Origin: Candidatus Cloacimonadales bacterium
Lineage (GTDB): Bacteria; Cloacimonadota; Cloacimonadia; Cloacimonadales; DAONDQ01
Assembly (NCBI GenBank): GCA_963662275.1
Contig: OY759316.1
Location: forward strand, 3,872,001-3,936,000
Direction of reading: 5' to 3'
DNA: 64,000 nucleotides
The translations under genes were made by a program, and so were the position numbers. Numbering within the stretch: the stretch's first letter is position 1; every line of letters begins with the position of its first letter. Below are positions 50,381 to 60,558 of this stretch, in pieces. Under the pieces are notes generated by a model, which saw only the letters and a program-made list of their open reading frames with translations, ran no database searches and was not told the DNA's origin.

Positions 50381-52731
50381 AGAAGGATTACAAATTTATT
50401 GGTAAAGACATAGTCCGTATAGATGGAAGGGAAAAGATATCCGGTGCAGCAATCTACGGAGATGATATTGACTTTGGTCCAAATCTTCTTCATGCAGAGA
50501 TCGTTTCTTCCACACAAGCTCATGCTCTTATTATCTCAATTGATACATCTGAAGCTGAGAAAGTGCAGGATGTCGTAAAAGTATTTACCGGCAAAGATTT
50601 TCCTTACAAATTTGGTCTATATATGAAAGACCGTTATATCTTTGCCCAGGATAAAGTACGCTTTTATGGGGAACAGGTTGCCGCTGTGGTAGCCCGTACT
50701 CCCCAAGCTGCCAAGAAAGCAGCACAACTTATCAAAGTGGTATATGAACCATTACCGGCTGTACTTAACCAGATGGAAGCTTTGAAGGATGATGCCACGT
50801 TATTACATCCTGATTTGGGTGAATATCCTCATGTGCCCTGGTTCTTCCCAAAAGCTGGAACGAATGTTGCCCATTGGCGAAAGACCCGTAAAGGAGACTT
50901 GGAGAAAGGCTTCGCAGAAGCTGATTTCGTTCTAGAAGATGAATATCACGTACCCCGTTATGCACATTGTGCGATTGAAACGCATGTAGCTATTGGTAAG
51001 TATGATTTCGGTGGTAGACTGACTGTCTGGAGTTCTTCACAATCACCACATACACAACGGCATTTGTTTGCTGAAGCTCTTGCTCCCATGGGTTTGACTC
51101 ATAAGGATGTACGGGTCATTGCTCCTCATGTTGGTGGTGGTTTTGGTGGGAAAGCTGGGGTGACAATGGAAATCATCCCTGCTGCGCTTGCTACGAAGTT
51201 GAGAGGTTATGCCGTTAAACTGCGCTGGACACGTGAACAGGAGTTTGTGAACACATACCAGCGTCTTGATGTTGTTGCCAGGATTAAAGTCGGTGTAAAG
51301 AAAGATGGTACAATCACAGCTTTAGATCATAAATTATACTGGGATGCAGGTGCGTATGTAGAATATGGCGCTAATGTCGTGAATGCGGTAGGATTATCGG
51401 CAATTGGACCTTATCGTGTTTCTAACATCTCCATAGATTCAATCTGTATTTATACGAACCTTCCGCCAGGTGGTGCTTACCGCGGGTTCGGTTATTCTGA
51501 AATGCTTTTCGGTTTGGAATCCCACATGAATACAGTCGCTAAGAAAATAGGCATGGATCCGGTTCAGTTCAGATTGCATAATGCGATTCGTGAAGGTGAC
51601 CAGACTGCCTATGGTGCTTCCATGAATCCGAATGGTTTAATCGAAGCAATTGAGAAAGTGGCAAAAGAAATTGAATGGGGAAAGAAAGTCGTTTCCCAAG
51701 ATCCTACAAAGGTTATTGGCAAAGGCTTCTCTCTTTTCTGGAAAGCTCCTGCCATGCCACCAAATGCTTCTTCATCTGCATTTCTCAAATTCAATGAAGA
51801 TGCCAGTATCAATCTTATCATCTCTGGTATGGATATCGGGCAGGGTTATCAAACAGTGATGGCGCAGATTGCTGCTGAAATACTATCTATTCCACCTTCC
51901 AAGATAAGAGTTGAAACACCTGATACTGACCGTAACCCATATGAATGGCAGACAGTTGCTTCCCACATTACCTGGAGTAGTGGCAATGCTGTGAGGAAAG
52001 CTGCCGAAGATGCTCGAGAGCAGATTCTTGATCTGATTGAAAGAGTGTACTGCCTCCCCAAGAGTGAATTATTCCTGGAAGATGAAGCTGTCAAATGCCA
52101 CACACAGCCAAAGTTTATCAAACCTCTAAGAGAGTTTGTTGTAGATGGCATAATGACTGGAGACGGAACATTCAAAGGTGGACCTATCAATGCACGTGGC
52201 ATGTTCATGCCTGAATTCTCCTCGGCAAACGGTGACCCGGAAACCAGTCAGGGTGGTCATCCCAATGTACACTACACAGTGGGTGCCGGAGCACTTATCC
52301 TGGAAATAGACAAGGAAACGGGAAAGATGCATGTTCTCAAGGCAGTGGAAGCTGTGGATGTAGGACAAGCATTGAATCCTGACCTGATCAGAGGTCAAAT
52401 CACCGGTGGATTGCTCCAGGGCTTGGCAACTGTTCTTTACGAAGATATGCGCTATGATGATAAAGGGAAACTTTTAAATCCAAACTTCACAGATTACAAG
52501 ATTCCCACAGCAATGGATGTACCGGATGAGATTGTCCCGATTATCATTGAAGTGCCACAACCCGATGGACCATTCGGTGCTCGTGGAGTTGGTGAACATA
52601 CGATGCTTCCTGCAGCACCCATGATTGCCAATGCTGTTGAAGATGCTTTGGGTATTCGGATAAAATCTATGCCCATCACAGCAGAAAAGATAGCTATGGA
52701 AATCTTAAATATTCAGAAAATACGAAATTGA
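50377..52731 (+). CDS. Xanthine dehydrogenase-family molybdopterin-binding subunit
   Basis: VGGGFGGK, AYRGFG, DIGQG, GQITGG, GARGVGE. Confidence 0.95.
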   Translation: MKKDYKFIGKDIVRIDGREKISGAAIYGDDIDFGPNLLHAEIVSSTQAHALIISIDTSEAEKVQDVVKVFTGKDFPYKFGLYMKDRYIFAQDKVRFYGEQVAAVVARTPQAAKKAAQLIKVVYEPLPAVLNQMEALKDDATLLHPDLGEYPHVPWFFPKAGTNVAHWRKTRKGDLEKGFAEADFVLEDEYHVPRYAHCAIETHVAIGKYDFGGRLTVWSSSQSPHTQRHLFAEALAPMGLTHKDVRVIAPHVGGGFGGKAGVTMEIIPAALATKLRGYAVKLRWTREQEFVNTYQRLDVVARIKVGVKKDGTITALDHKLYWDAGAYVEYGANVVNAVGLSAIGPYRVSNISIDSICIYTNLPPGGAYRGFGYSEMLFGLESHMNTVAKKIGMDPVQFRLHNAIREGDQTAYGASMNPNGLIEAIEKVAKEIEWGKKVVSQDPTKVIGKGFSLFWKAPAMPPNASSSAFLKFNEDASINLIISGMDIGQGYQTVMAQIAAEILSIPPSKIRVETPDTDRNPYEWQTVASHITWSSGNAVRKAAEDAREQILDLIERVYCLPKSELFLEDEAVKCHTQPKFIKPLREFVVDGIMTGDGTFKGGPINARGMFMPEFSSANGDPETSQGGHPNVHYTVGAGALILEIDKETGKMHVLKAVEAVDVGQALNPDLIRGQITGGLLQGLATVLYEDMRYDDKGKLLNPNFTDYKIPTAMDVPDEIVPIIIEVPQPDGPFGARGVGEHTMLPAAPMIANAVEDALGIRIKSMPITAEKIAMEILNIQKIRN

Positions 52732-52756
52732 TACAAATGGATGAAATACAGTATGG

Positions 52757-52782
52757 ATGGGCATCCTAAGGATGCCCATTTT
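52757..52782 (+). terminator. Intrinsic terminator-like hairpin
   Basis: ATGGGCATCC-TAA-GGATGCCCAT followed by TTT. Confidence 0.7.
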
Positions 52783-52946
52783 GCTTTTAGTGGATTTTTC
52801 CTTAAATTATAGAAAATAATGATTGCATAAAAAATAAACTCTTTGCTATCATTGTATCGGATTTCCTATTTTATTCTGTAGGTAGGTAAATAGGAATGAA
52901 ATTACATGAAATAATATGTGTAACTTAACGCGGAAGGAGAATTCGT

Positions 52947-53621
52947 ATGAAAACTGTATTTTTTATTTTGCTGTTATTTACTTTGTTAAGCTCGTTTGTT
53001 TATGCGAAGGACAATTATGTAATTGTCCCAGGCGTTCGTGTTGGTATAATCACCGCGTCGACAACTGAATCAGATCTGGTCAAGCTATATGGAATTGAAA
53101 ATGTCCAAAGTCAAACCAGTCTCAATGATCAATATGAAATGACCAGACAAACAATTCTTTTCCCCTTTGATTTCAAAAAAAGGATCCAGATCTTTTGGGC
53201 GAAAGGTAATTCTCATACTGGACCTGAGCTTGTTCGAATTGAGGGAACGAATTCATTGTGGCATACAAACGGAGGAATTTTCCTTGGGATGTCCTTATCT
53301 CAACTGGAATCCATGAATGGTATTCCCTTACATTTGACAGGTTTCCATCCTGATTATCCCGGGATAATTACAGACTGTGGTTACGGAAAGCTGAAATTCC
53401 TGGGTTTTCAGACTCCGGAAGGAGAAGATGTATATGGGCGGTTAATGACATTGAGATTATATCTCCCGATTGATAATAATGCCTTGATTACGAAAGAAGA
53501 ACTCCAATCAATATCAGGTCCGGGAATCTACTCATCAGATAACGAGATTATGAAAAAGTGTGGACCTGTTGTAAAGCAAATGGATATTACCTTTTTGAAA
53601 GAAGATCAAATCAAGAAATAA
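52947..53621 (+). CDS. Exported hypothetical protein
   Basis: AAGGAG RBS, signal peptide, IVPGVRVG and GIFLGMSL segments. Confidence 0.7.
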   Translation: MKTVFFILLLFTLLSSFVYAKDNYVIVPGVRVGIITASTTESDLVKLYGIENVQSQTSLNDQYEMTRQTILFPFDFKKRIQIFWAKGNSHTGPELVRIEGTNSLWHTNGGIFLGMSLSQLESMNGIPLHLTGFHPDYPGIITDCGYGKLKFLGFQTPEGEDVYGRLMTLRLYLPIDNNALITKEELQSISGPGIYSSDNEIMKKCGPVVKQMDITFLKEDQIKK

Positions 53622-53637
53622 AAAGTAAGGATATTGT

Positions 53638-54828
53638 ATGCAAAAACCACTCGAAAATATCCGCGTACTCGACTTGACGCGGGTATTAGCAGGACCTTTC
53701 TGCACAATGATCTTAAGTGATTTAGGTGCAGAGATAATTAAAATTGAAATTCCCGGTTGTGGAGATGATTCTCGAGCTTTCGGTCCGTTTATCGGTACTA
53801 GGAGTTTGTATTTTCTCAGTATTAATCGGGGAAAAAAAAGTATTTCACTCAATCTCAAGGATCCAAAAGGCAAACAAATCCTTCTTGATCTGGTCAAACA
53901 ATCAGATATCATTGTTGAGAATTACCGTCCCGGAACGATGGAGAAACTCGGACTTGGTTATGATGTTTTAAAGGAAATCAATCCGGCAATCATCTATGCA
54001 GCTTCATCAGGATTCGGGCATTCAGGACCAGACTCACAAAAACCTGCCTATGATATCCTAGCTCAAGCAATGGGCGGAATTATGAGTATTACCGGCTGGC
54101 AAGGCAGTGCACCCACACGTGTGGGTATGTCTCTTGGTGATATTACTGCTTCTCTTTTTACGGCAATCGGAATTACTACAGCTCTCTATCAAAGAGAAAA
54201 AACCGGACTTGGTCAAAAGATTGATGTTGCAATGCTGGATTGCCAAGTTGCCATTCTGGAAAATGCCCTGGTCAGATTACAAGCTGAAGGAAAGAATCCT
54301 GAACCTTTGGGAAATAGACATCCAACCATCACTCCCTTCCAAGCTTACAAAGCGGCTGATGAATATTTTGTGATTTCTGTTGGGAATGATGCACTCTGGT
54401 TTACTTTCTGCCAAGCAATACATCGTGACGACCTGGTAAAAGATGAACGATTCATAACAAATAAGAAAAGAACTGAGAATATCTATGATCTCAACGAAAT
54501 ATTAGACGAGGTATTTTTACAGAAAACCGCTCGTGAATGGCTTTCTGTTTTTGAACAGGTAAAACTCCCTTGTGCACCAATCAATAAAATCGATGAAGTG
54601 ATATCACATCCGCAAGTCCAGGCACGTAACATGATCGTTGAAGTTGATGATGTCATTGCAGGTAAAGTGAAAATTGCCGGCAATCCCATCAAAATGGATT
54701 CTGTTCCCGAAGAAAAATCAAGGGGAAAAGTACCTGAAGTAGGAGAAAATAATCGTGAAATATATAGTGAATTACTAGGTTTATCAGATTCTGACTTGGC
54801 TAAACTTGCTGATGAAGGAGTGATTTAG
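53638..54828 (+). CDS. Class III CoA-transferase (CaiB/BaiF)
   Basis: VLDLTRVLAGPFC, INRGKKS, ENYRPG, AYD. Confidence 0.93.
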   Translation: MQKPLENIRVLDLTRVLAGPFCTMILSDLGAEIIKIEIPGCGDDSRAFGPFIGTRSLYFLSINRGKKSISLNLKDPKGKQILLDLVKQSDIIVENYRPGTMEKLGLGYDVLKEINPAIIYAASSGFGHSGPDSQKPAYDILAQAMGGIMSITGWQGSAPTRVGMSLGDITASLFTAIGITTALYQREKTGLGQKIDVAMLDCQVAILENALVRLQAEGKNPEPLGNRHPTITPFQAYKAADEYFVISVGNDALWFTFCQAIHRDDLVKDERFITNKKRTENIYDLNEILDEVFLQKTAREWLSVFEQVKLPCAPINKIDEVISHPQVQARNMIVEVDDVIAGKVKIAGNPIKMDSVPEEKSRGKVPEVGENNREIYSELLGLSDSDLAKLADEGVI

Positions 54829-56121
54829 TTGTTCACAAGACAAGCTTCTTTAGTTCAAATTGCACAAACACTTAGCTCGGGGGAATTGAATCTACTCGAT
54901 TATATCAATGAAACATGTGATTGGATGGAAAAAACTGAACCAACAATTCAAGCCTTATTACCTGAAGAAGATCGTAGACAGCGTCTTTTAAAAGAAAGCG
55001 AGGTTCTTCTTCAAAGATATCCGAATCTATCTGATCGCCCCCCATTATTTGGTGTTCTCGTGGGTGTGAAAGATTTGTTCAATGTGGACGGTTTTCCTAC
55101 CCAGGCAGGTTCAAAATTACCCCCGGAAGCATTTTTAGGTACGGAAGCAGAGATTGTTACGAATCTGAAAAAGATGGGAGCTTTGATCTTAGGGAAAACA
55201 GTATCAACAGAATTTGCTTATTTTCAACCTGGTACTACAACAAATCCCATCAATCCTTCGCACACACCGGGAGGTTCATCAAGCGGTTCAGCAGCATCTG
55301 TGGCAGCGGGATATTGTCCATTAGCTCTCGGTACACAGACAATTGCCTCGATTATCAGACCAGCTTCCTTTTGCGGTATCGCTGGATTCAAACCCAGCCA
55401 TGGAAGAGTTTCGGTGAGAGGTGTATTTCTCTTTTCCCAATCTGCTGATCATATCGGTTTTCTCACTCAAACAACAGATGATTTGAAATATGCTGCATCC
55501 TATATTATTCCCAACTGGAAAAAGATTGATCAATTGGATCATGCTCCAATCATTGGTGTTCCGACTGGTGATTTCCTCGAACAAGCGAACTTGGAATCAC
55601 AGGCTCATTTCTTCTCAGAAGTGGTTCGATTGGGTGAAGCTGGTTTTCTATTGAAGAACATCGACGTTTTTTCTGATATAGAGCAAATCAATTCTAATCA
55701 CAGGAAATTAATTGCATATGAATTCACCATGAATCATAAACATCTTTATAAGAAATATTCCCATCTCTATTCTAAACACTCTCAACAATTATTCATGGAT
55801 GGCTCAGTTGTTTCACTACAAGAGTATCATGATCTTCTAGCTGGACAAAGCGATTTTCGCTTTCATTTAGAAAGTACTATGAAACGCGAAAATATTGATG
55901 TCTGGATATGTCCTTCTACGATCTCTGCTGCTCCAGTAGGTTTGGAATCTACAGGCAACCCATTGATGAGTTTACCCTGGACTCATGCCGGACTTCCCAG
56001 TGCGACGATTCCATTGAAAGATGAAGAAGAAGAGCTTCCATATGGTTTACAAGTTATTGGACATTACAACGAAGATGAGTATGTGATACGTTGTTTGCCT
56101 CTTATCAACCCCATTGATTAA
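54829..56121 (+). CDS. Amidase signature family enzyme
   Basis: GVKD, TPGGSSSGSAA, GTQTIASIIRPASFCG. Confidence 0.9.
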   Translation: MFTRQASLVQIAQTLSSGELNLLDYINETCDWMEKTEPTIQALLPEEDRRQRLLKESEVLLQRYPNLSDRPPLFGVLVGVKDLFNVDGFPTQAGSKLPPEAFLGTEAEIVTNLKKMGALILGKTVSTEFAYFQPGTTTNPINPSHTPGGSSSGSAASVAAGYCPLALGTQTIASIIRPASFCGIAGFKPSHGRVSVRGVFLFSQSADHIGFLTQTTDDLKYAASYIIPNWKKIDQLDHAPIIGVPTGDFLEQANLESQAHFFSEVVRLGEAGFLLKNIDVFSDIEQINSNHRKLIAYEFTMNHKHLYKKYSHLYSKHSQQLFMDGSVVSLQEYHDLLAGQSDFRFHLESTMKRENIDVWICPSTISAAPVGLESTGNPLMSLPWTHAGLPSATIPLKDEEEELPYGLQVIGHYNEDEYVIRCLPLINPID

Positions 56122-56162
56122 TTTTACTTCCTGTTTTTAGTATTCATTCTCCAATTTATTCC

Positions 56163-56377
56163 GTAGCAACCACTTCAGTCGCTGGATCAACGGCCGTAGT
56201 TCGCGACCTCCGGGCGTGATATAGGGCTGCCGGGACGGCAGCCCCCTACTGTTAGATTTTTCCCATTTAAATGGGCTGATTTGATGCACAATTTTTTGTA
56301 TTCACCAGCGGTGAAACATAGCAGAAACAGAAGATTACAACCGGCTAAACCCGGAGCTACATCTCGGAGGAGCTACG
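56163..56377. repeat. Mosaic of GTAG-headed hairpins between convergent genes
   Basis: GTAGCAACCACTTCAGTCGCTGG, GTAGTTCGCG.., GGGCTGCCGGGACGGCAGCCCCCTAC, CCGGCTAAACCCGGAGCTAC. Confidence 0.75.
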
Positions 56378-56378
56378 A

Positions 56379-56714
56379 TTAACCGAAGAAGTGCCCTAAT
56401 CTGTCCTTTTCATAACGGGGAATGATGTGCATATGAAAATGCAGTATACTCTGCCCCGCAGCTTTACCCTGGTTTGTGCCGATATTATAACCATCCGGCT
56501 GGTATTTGCCTTCGAGGTAAGTTTTTGTTTTTTGCAGGATATCCAATAGATCAAGAGCTTCTGCTTCATTCATCTCAAAGATGGAAGAGATATGACGTTT
56601 TGAAATGATGAGGGAATGTCCTTCCTGTTTCGGATATTTATCAGGGATCGTGATAAAACTGTCATTTTCCAGGATTATTCTGTCTTTGGGGAGGTTGCAG
56701 AAGAGACAATCCAT
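56379..56714 (-). CDS. HIT family nucleotide hydrolase
   Basis: CLFC, GHSLII, HFHMHIIPR. Confidence 0.93.
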   Translation of the reverse strand: MDCLFCNLPKDRIILENDSFITIPDKYPKQEGHSLIISKRHISSIFEMNEAEALDLLDILQKTKTYLEGKYQPDGYNIGTNQGKAAGQSILHFHMHIIPRYEKDRLGHFFG

Positions 56715-56910
56715 TTAAACTATCCTTTTATGTTTCGGTAGTTCATCCTTTAGGCTTGGTAAAAACGACTTCAGGAGTCGACTGCCCTGCTGTTATTTTA
56801 CTTTAAGCAGTTTTCAAAAAAAGCATTCCCACGAACGCTTAAGATACCTGAAGTAATCTTTTCCATTCCTTAAGAAATAACCACCGGAAAAGCAGGAACA
56901 GCGTCCTACA

Positions 56911-58020
56911 CTACTTACTATAGAACTCAATGATGCTGCTGATGACTAAATCAATTTCATCCTGTGTCATATCAGGAAATAGAGGAAGAGTCACCAGTTT
57001 TGTCCAGATGCCTTCGGTAATTGGCAGATTGCGATAATAAGGTTTATACATATCAAAAAGATGATTAGGATAATAATGAACACCTGTTGTAATGCCCTTT
57101 TCCATAAGATATGCCCGGAGGTTGTCACGGTCTTCCACTTTGATGACAAAGTTATGGCAGGCAGGGAACATATATTCCTTCAAGACAGGACAGATGATCT
57201 TGGGATAGGCTTTGAATGCATTGCGGTAATATTCTGAATAATAACGGCGCTTATCGTTCATCCATTCCAGTTTCTCGAACTGGGCAATACCGATTGCTGC
57301 AATGATATCGTTCATGTGATATTTATAACCTAGCTCAGTAACATCATAGAACCAGTCATAGCTATTGCCGGCACCACGTTCGAAGGTATCCTTGGATATT
57401 CCCACCCAGCGCAGTTTCTTGATCCTGTCCATCCATACCTTATTATTGGAAACAAGCATACCGCCATCTCCGGTGGATAAGTTTTTAACTGCCTGGAAAC
57501 TGAAACTGCCAAAGTCTCCTATAGAACCAAGCATCCTTCCCTTATATTTTCCACCACAGGCATGGGCACAATCTTCAACAACTGCCAGCTTATATTTACG
57601 GGCAATCTCCATGATCGGGTCCATATCACAGGCATAACCACCATAATGAACAACGATGATCGCTTTTGTTTTAGGAGTAATGAGTTTTTCTATTTCTTCA
57701 GGCTTCATATTCATGTTTTCCGCATCAACATCACAGAAAACAGGTATTCCACCATTATATAGAATTGCGTGATTGGATGAAACGAAAGTCATAGAGGGAG
57801 TGATCACTTCATAATCTTTCACATCAATGACCATTAACGCAAGGTGAAGGGCAGCCGTTGCTGAATTTAAACCGAGAGAAAAATCTACGCCGATATAGGC
57901 AGCAAATCTCTTTTCAAATTCACTTGTTTTGGGACCTAATCCCCACCAGCCGGAATCAATCACTTCCTTCAGGTATTTTATTTCCAGGTCATCATGGTAT
58001 GGTCGATATACGGGTATCAT
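56911..58020 (-). CDS. DegT/DnrJ/EryC1/StrS sugar aminotransferase
   Basis: NSATAALHL, EDCAHA, SFQAVKNLSTGDGG. Confidence 0.93.
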   Translation of the reverse strand: MIPVYRPYHDDLEIKYLKEVIDSGWWGLGPKTSEFEKRFAAYIGVDFSLGLNSATAALHLALMVIDVKDYEVITPSMTFVSSNHAILYNGGIPVFCDVDAENMNMKPEEIEKLITPKTKAIIVVHYGGYACDMDPIMEIARKYKLAVVEDCAHACGGKYKGRMLGSIGDFGSFSFQAVKNLSTGDGGMLVSNNKVWMDRIKKLRWVGISKDTFERGAGNSYDWFYDVTELGYKYHMNDIIAAIGIAQFEKLEWMNDKRRYYSEYYRNAFKAYPKIICPVLKEYMFPACHNFVIKVEDRDNLRAYLMEKGITTGVHYYPNHLFDMYKPYYRNLPITEGIWTKLVTLPLFPDMTQDEIDLVISSIIEFYSK

Positions 58021-58033
58021 ATTTCCTCTTTTT

Positions 58034-58780
58034 CTATAATATTGCTAGTAGCGTTCTAACGTGTGGATTAACAAAATTATCAAGCTGCATCATACGTTTC
58101 AGGGTATAGATGGATACCCAGCGGAAGTTATCATTAACATTCACTTGCATATTTTCAGGAATCTCGACCACCATATATTTTACCCGTTTCAAATAAAATC
58201 TTCCTCCATCTTCAGGAAGCCAGTGATCATATAGAATCTTATATTCGGGATTGGATTCATCAAAAAATTCAGCTAATAAAGGTTTCTTACCTTTGTGAAC
58301 CTGGTTCAAGTTACTATAAGTTACCTGGAGAGCTGGTGAAACGAGTACTTTTCCGTAATTGCCCGGTTCAAACTTTGCTTCCACCAGGTACACATTCCTG
58401 CCATTTTGCTTTTGTTTGATCAAACCTGCAATACTACCTTCGGTACCCTGATCCATGATTGGCTGTTTCCAACCTTTACCCGATTCCCGAATACTGGTTT
58501 TGATATCGACTCCAATTAAGCGGAAGAATCCTCCACTAATATGAGCTACATCTCCTGTTTCAGGATCCAGGTACCAATCGCCCCAGACCTCATTCAGTCC
58601 AACTTCTTTCACTTCTGCTTCACATTTTGATTGTTTTTCTTTGAACCATTGAAGGAATTCAGTATACTCCTGTTCATAAGTAAGCAAGTTATCTTCCAGG
58701 AAACCTTCCTGGTCAGGAGACAGGTGTATCCCTTCCTTTTCCATAATCCTTAAGAGATGATCAATTTGTTCTTTTTTCAT
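58034..58780 (-). CDS. NDP-hexose 2,3-dehydratase family protein (single domain)
   Basis: HISGGFF, WKQPI, AKFEPGN, SPALQVTYSN, PEDGGRF. Confidence 0.85.
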   Translation of the reverse strand: MKKEQIDHLLRIMEKEGIHLSPDQEGFLEDNLLTYEQEYTEFLQWFKEKQSKCEAEVKEVGLNEVWGDWYLDPETGDVAHISGGFFRLIGVDIKTSIRESGKGWKQPIMDQGTEGSIAGLIKQKQNGRNVYLVEAKFEPGNYGKVLVSPALQVTYSNLNQVHKGKKPLLAEFFDESNPEYKILYDHWLPEDGGRFYLKRVKYMVVEIPENMQVNVNDNFRWVSIYTLKRMMQLDNFVNPHVRTLLAIL

Positions 58781-59763
58781 TATTTCTCACATTGTTTACG
58801 TATTTCATCAAACATTTTATGTGCCATCAAGGCATCCCCAATATTGGGAATAGGAATATTATGATCTCCGCAGCACAAATGGTAAAAAGCTGTTAATTGC
58901 GTTTTGTAACCGGAACTGTCTGGAAGCCAGAAGATGGAATTTGACTCTCCCGAATAGCGACAATCCTGGCTACCATCAATGAAGTAAGTTTCATTTGTAT
59001 TTCTGCTGACCAGACGCTTCCTTTTATCATCAATCACTTGCCATTCTTCATGGAAAGATGATGCGTTCCAAGCACCGGCTGAAGTGAACAGGAGAGAAAT
59101 GCTTGCGCCGTTGACAGATAGCATTGAAGCAGAAATACTGATACCTGTATCAGTATGAGCAGATACTTTGGCAGAAATATCATTCACCTGTCCGAAGATT
59201 GCGCAAATCAAATCACAATAATGAATCAAATTGCTCAGTATTCCATCCCAGCCAAGTTTCCTGCCCTGCTGAGTGATAAAATAGAATGATCCGGTAATTG
59301 GATTTCCAAACGTATTTGTATCCCTTAACAGGTTGAACCTGGTCAACACCGGGTAATATCTTTTATTAAAACCAATTTGGATTTTAGTTTTTTGTTCTAC
59401 AGATAATGAATCGATAAAGCTTTGGACAAGGGCTGAATTAATCGCGAAAGGTTTTTCGCATAAGACAAAAAGACCCATATCCAGTGCAGCTTTACTGATT
59501 TCCGGATGCATTTCTTCCCCTGTGGCAATCAGGACAGCATCGCAATCACCTTTTTCAATTAGATCACGGTAATCTGAAAACACCTTTACGTGGGGAAGTA
59601 TGGATTTGATCGAATCCAACGTTGACTGATCAAGACCGCAGATTGCAGTGATAAGATAGTTATGAGCTGATATTTTGGCAGTGGGATCGTTCATTAATGC
59701 CGGAATATGAGCTTTTAACGTGATCGTACCGCAACCGATTAACCCGATCTTAATCAGTTTCAT
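58780..59763 (-). CDS. Gfo/Idh/MocA oxidoreductase (putative sugar ketoreductase)
   Basis: IGCGTI, VLCEKP, GFNKRY, IHYCD. Confidence 0.85.
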   Translation of the reverse strand: MKLIKIGLIGCGTITLKAHIPALMNDPTAKISAHNYLITAICGLDQSTLDSIKSILPHVKVFSDYRDLIEKGDCDAVLIATGEEMHPEISKAALDMGLFVLCEKPFAINSALVQSFIDSLSVEQKTKIQIGFNKRYYPVLTRFNLLRDTNTFGNPITGSFYFITQQGRKLGWDGILSNLIHYCDLICAIFGQVNDISAKVSAHTDTGISISASMLSVNGASISLLFTSAGAWNASSFHEEWQVIDDKRKRLVSRNTNETYFIDGSQDCRYSGESNSIFWLPDSSGYKTQLTAFYHLCCGDHNIPIPNIGDALMAHKMFDEIRKQCEK

Positions 59764-60274
59764 CTGTTTTAATCCGATTTATCAAATATTCTTCAATCAA
59801 CGGTAACTTGATATCGTATTGATACTTATCATCAGGGTTCCAGGCAGGATTACGGTAATTCAAAATATAGGCAATGTCGGAAACTCCAAAATAACCATGA
59901 GGATATTTGGAAGGAAAAGTAATCGTCAACACTTCCTTATCGGCATCAAAAGGGATAATAATCAGCTTGTCCGGATCTATTTTCTTCGTATCGTCACCTT
60001 TTTCAATAACTTCAGGATGGATGACTAACTGCGCTTTCCCAAATAGACAGAAAACGGTATCCAATTTGTGAGGATGCGTATGAAATCCTTTAAACATGTG
60101 CTTATATACAGTGGAATAGTAGAATTGCTGAAAAACCTCATCAGTTCGATCAGCAAATATTTCATCATGCCGATTTAAGATATCTACCAGGAAACCATTC
60201 TCTCTTCCATTCACATCCTTGGTAAATACTTTCCTACAACGTTTTATCTTTAGCCAACTAGGTAGATTATCCAC
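59750..60274 (-). CDS. RmlC-like cupin (NDP-sugar 3,5-epimerase family)
   Basis: KGFHTH and PHGY cupin motifs; GTG start after GGAG. Confidence 0.72.
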   Translation of the reverse strand: MDNLPSWLKIKRCRKVFTKDVNGRENGFLVDILNRHDEIFADRTDEVFQQFYYSTVYKHMFKGFHTHPHKLDTVFCLFGKAQLVIHPEVIEKGDDTKKIDPDKLIIIPFDADKEVLTITFPSKYPHGYFGVSDIAYILNYRNPAWNPDDKYQYDIKLPLIEEYLINRIKTDETD

Positions 60275-60558
60275 ATTTTCTCCTTATTCCTCTATCATAC
60301 TTTACGAATGCTATATAATTTTCCCATATTTTGATGGGGGAAATGATATCCGGTAAAACGCAGAATCTCATTATCTGACTATGTAATGCTCTCTACTGAA
60401 AACATTGACTATATTTCAAAAAAAAACTCAAAACAGTAGAGGTCAAGACATTTTTTTCTGCTTAAGGCATCAAACCTCGTCATTGTCGCAAGTGCCAATC
60501 ATTTGCTAAAAACATCATACGACTCATTACTAGGGATCTAGTATGTATCTTAAAAAAT

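Noticed and set aside
54829..56121. gatA
   Set aside because: No gatB or gatC adjacent, shorter and divergent; context favours a catabolic amidase
56298..56340. Diversity-generating retroelement template/variable repeat pair with the FG-GAP gene end
   Set aside because: Mismatches are not confined to adenines and no reverse transcriptase is in the window
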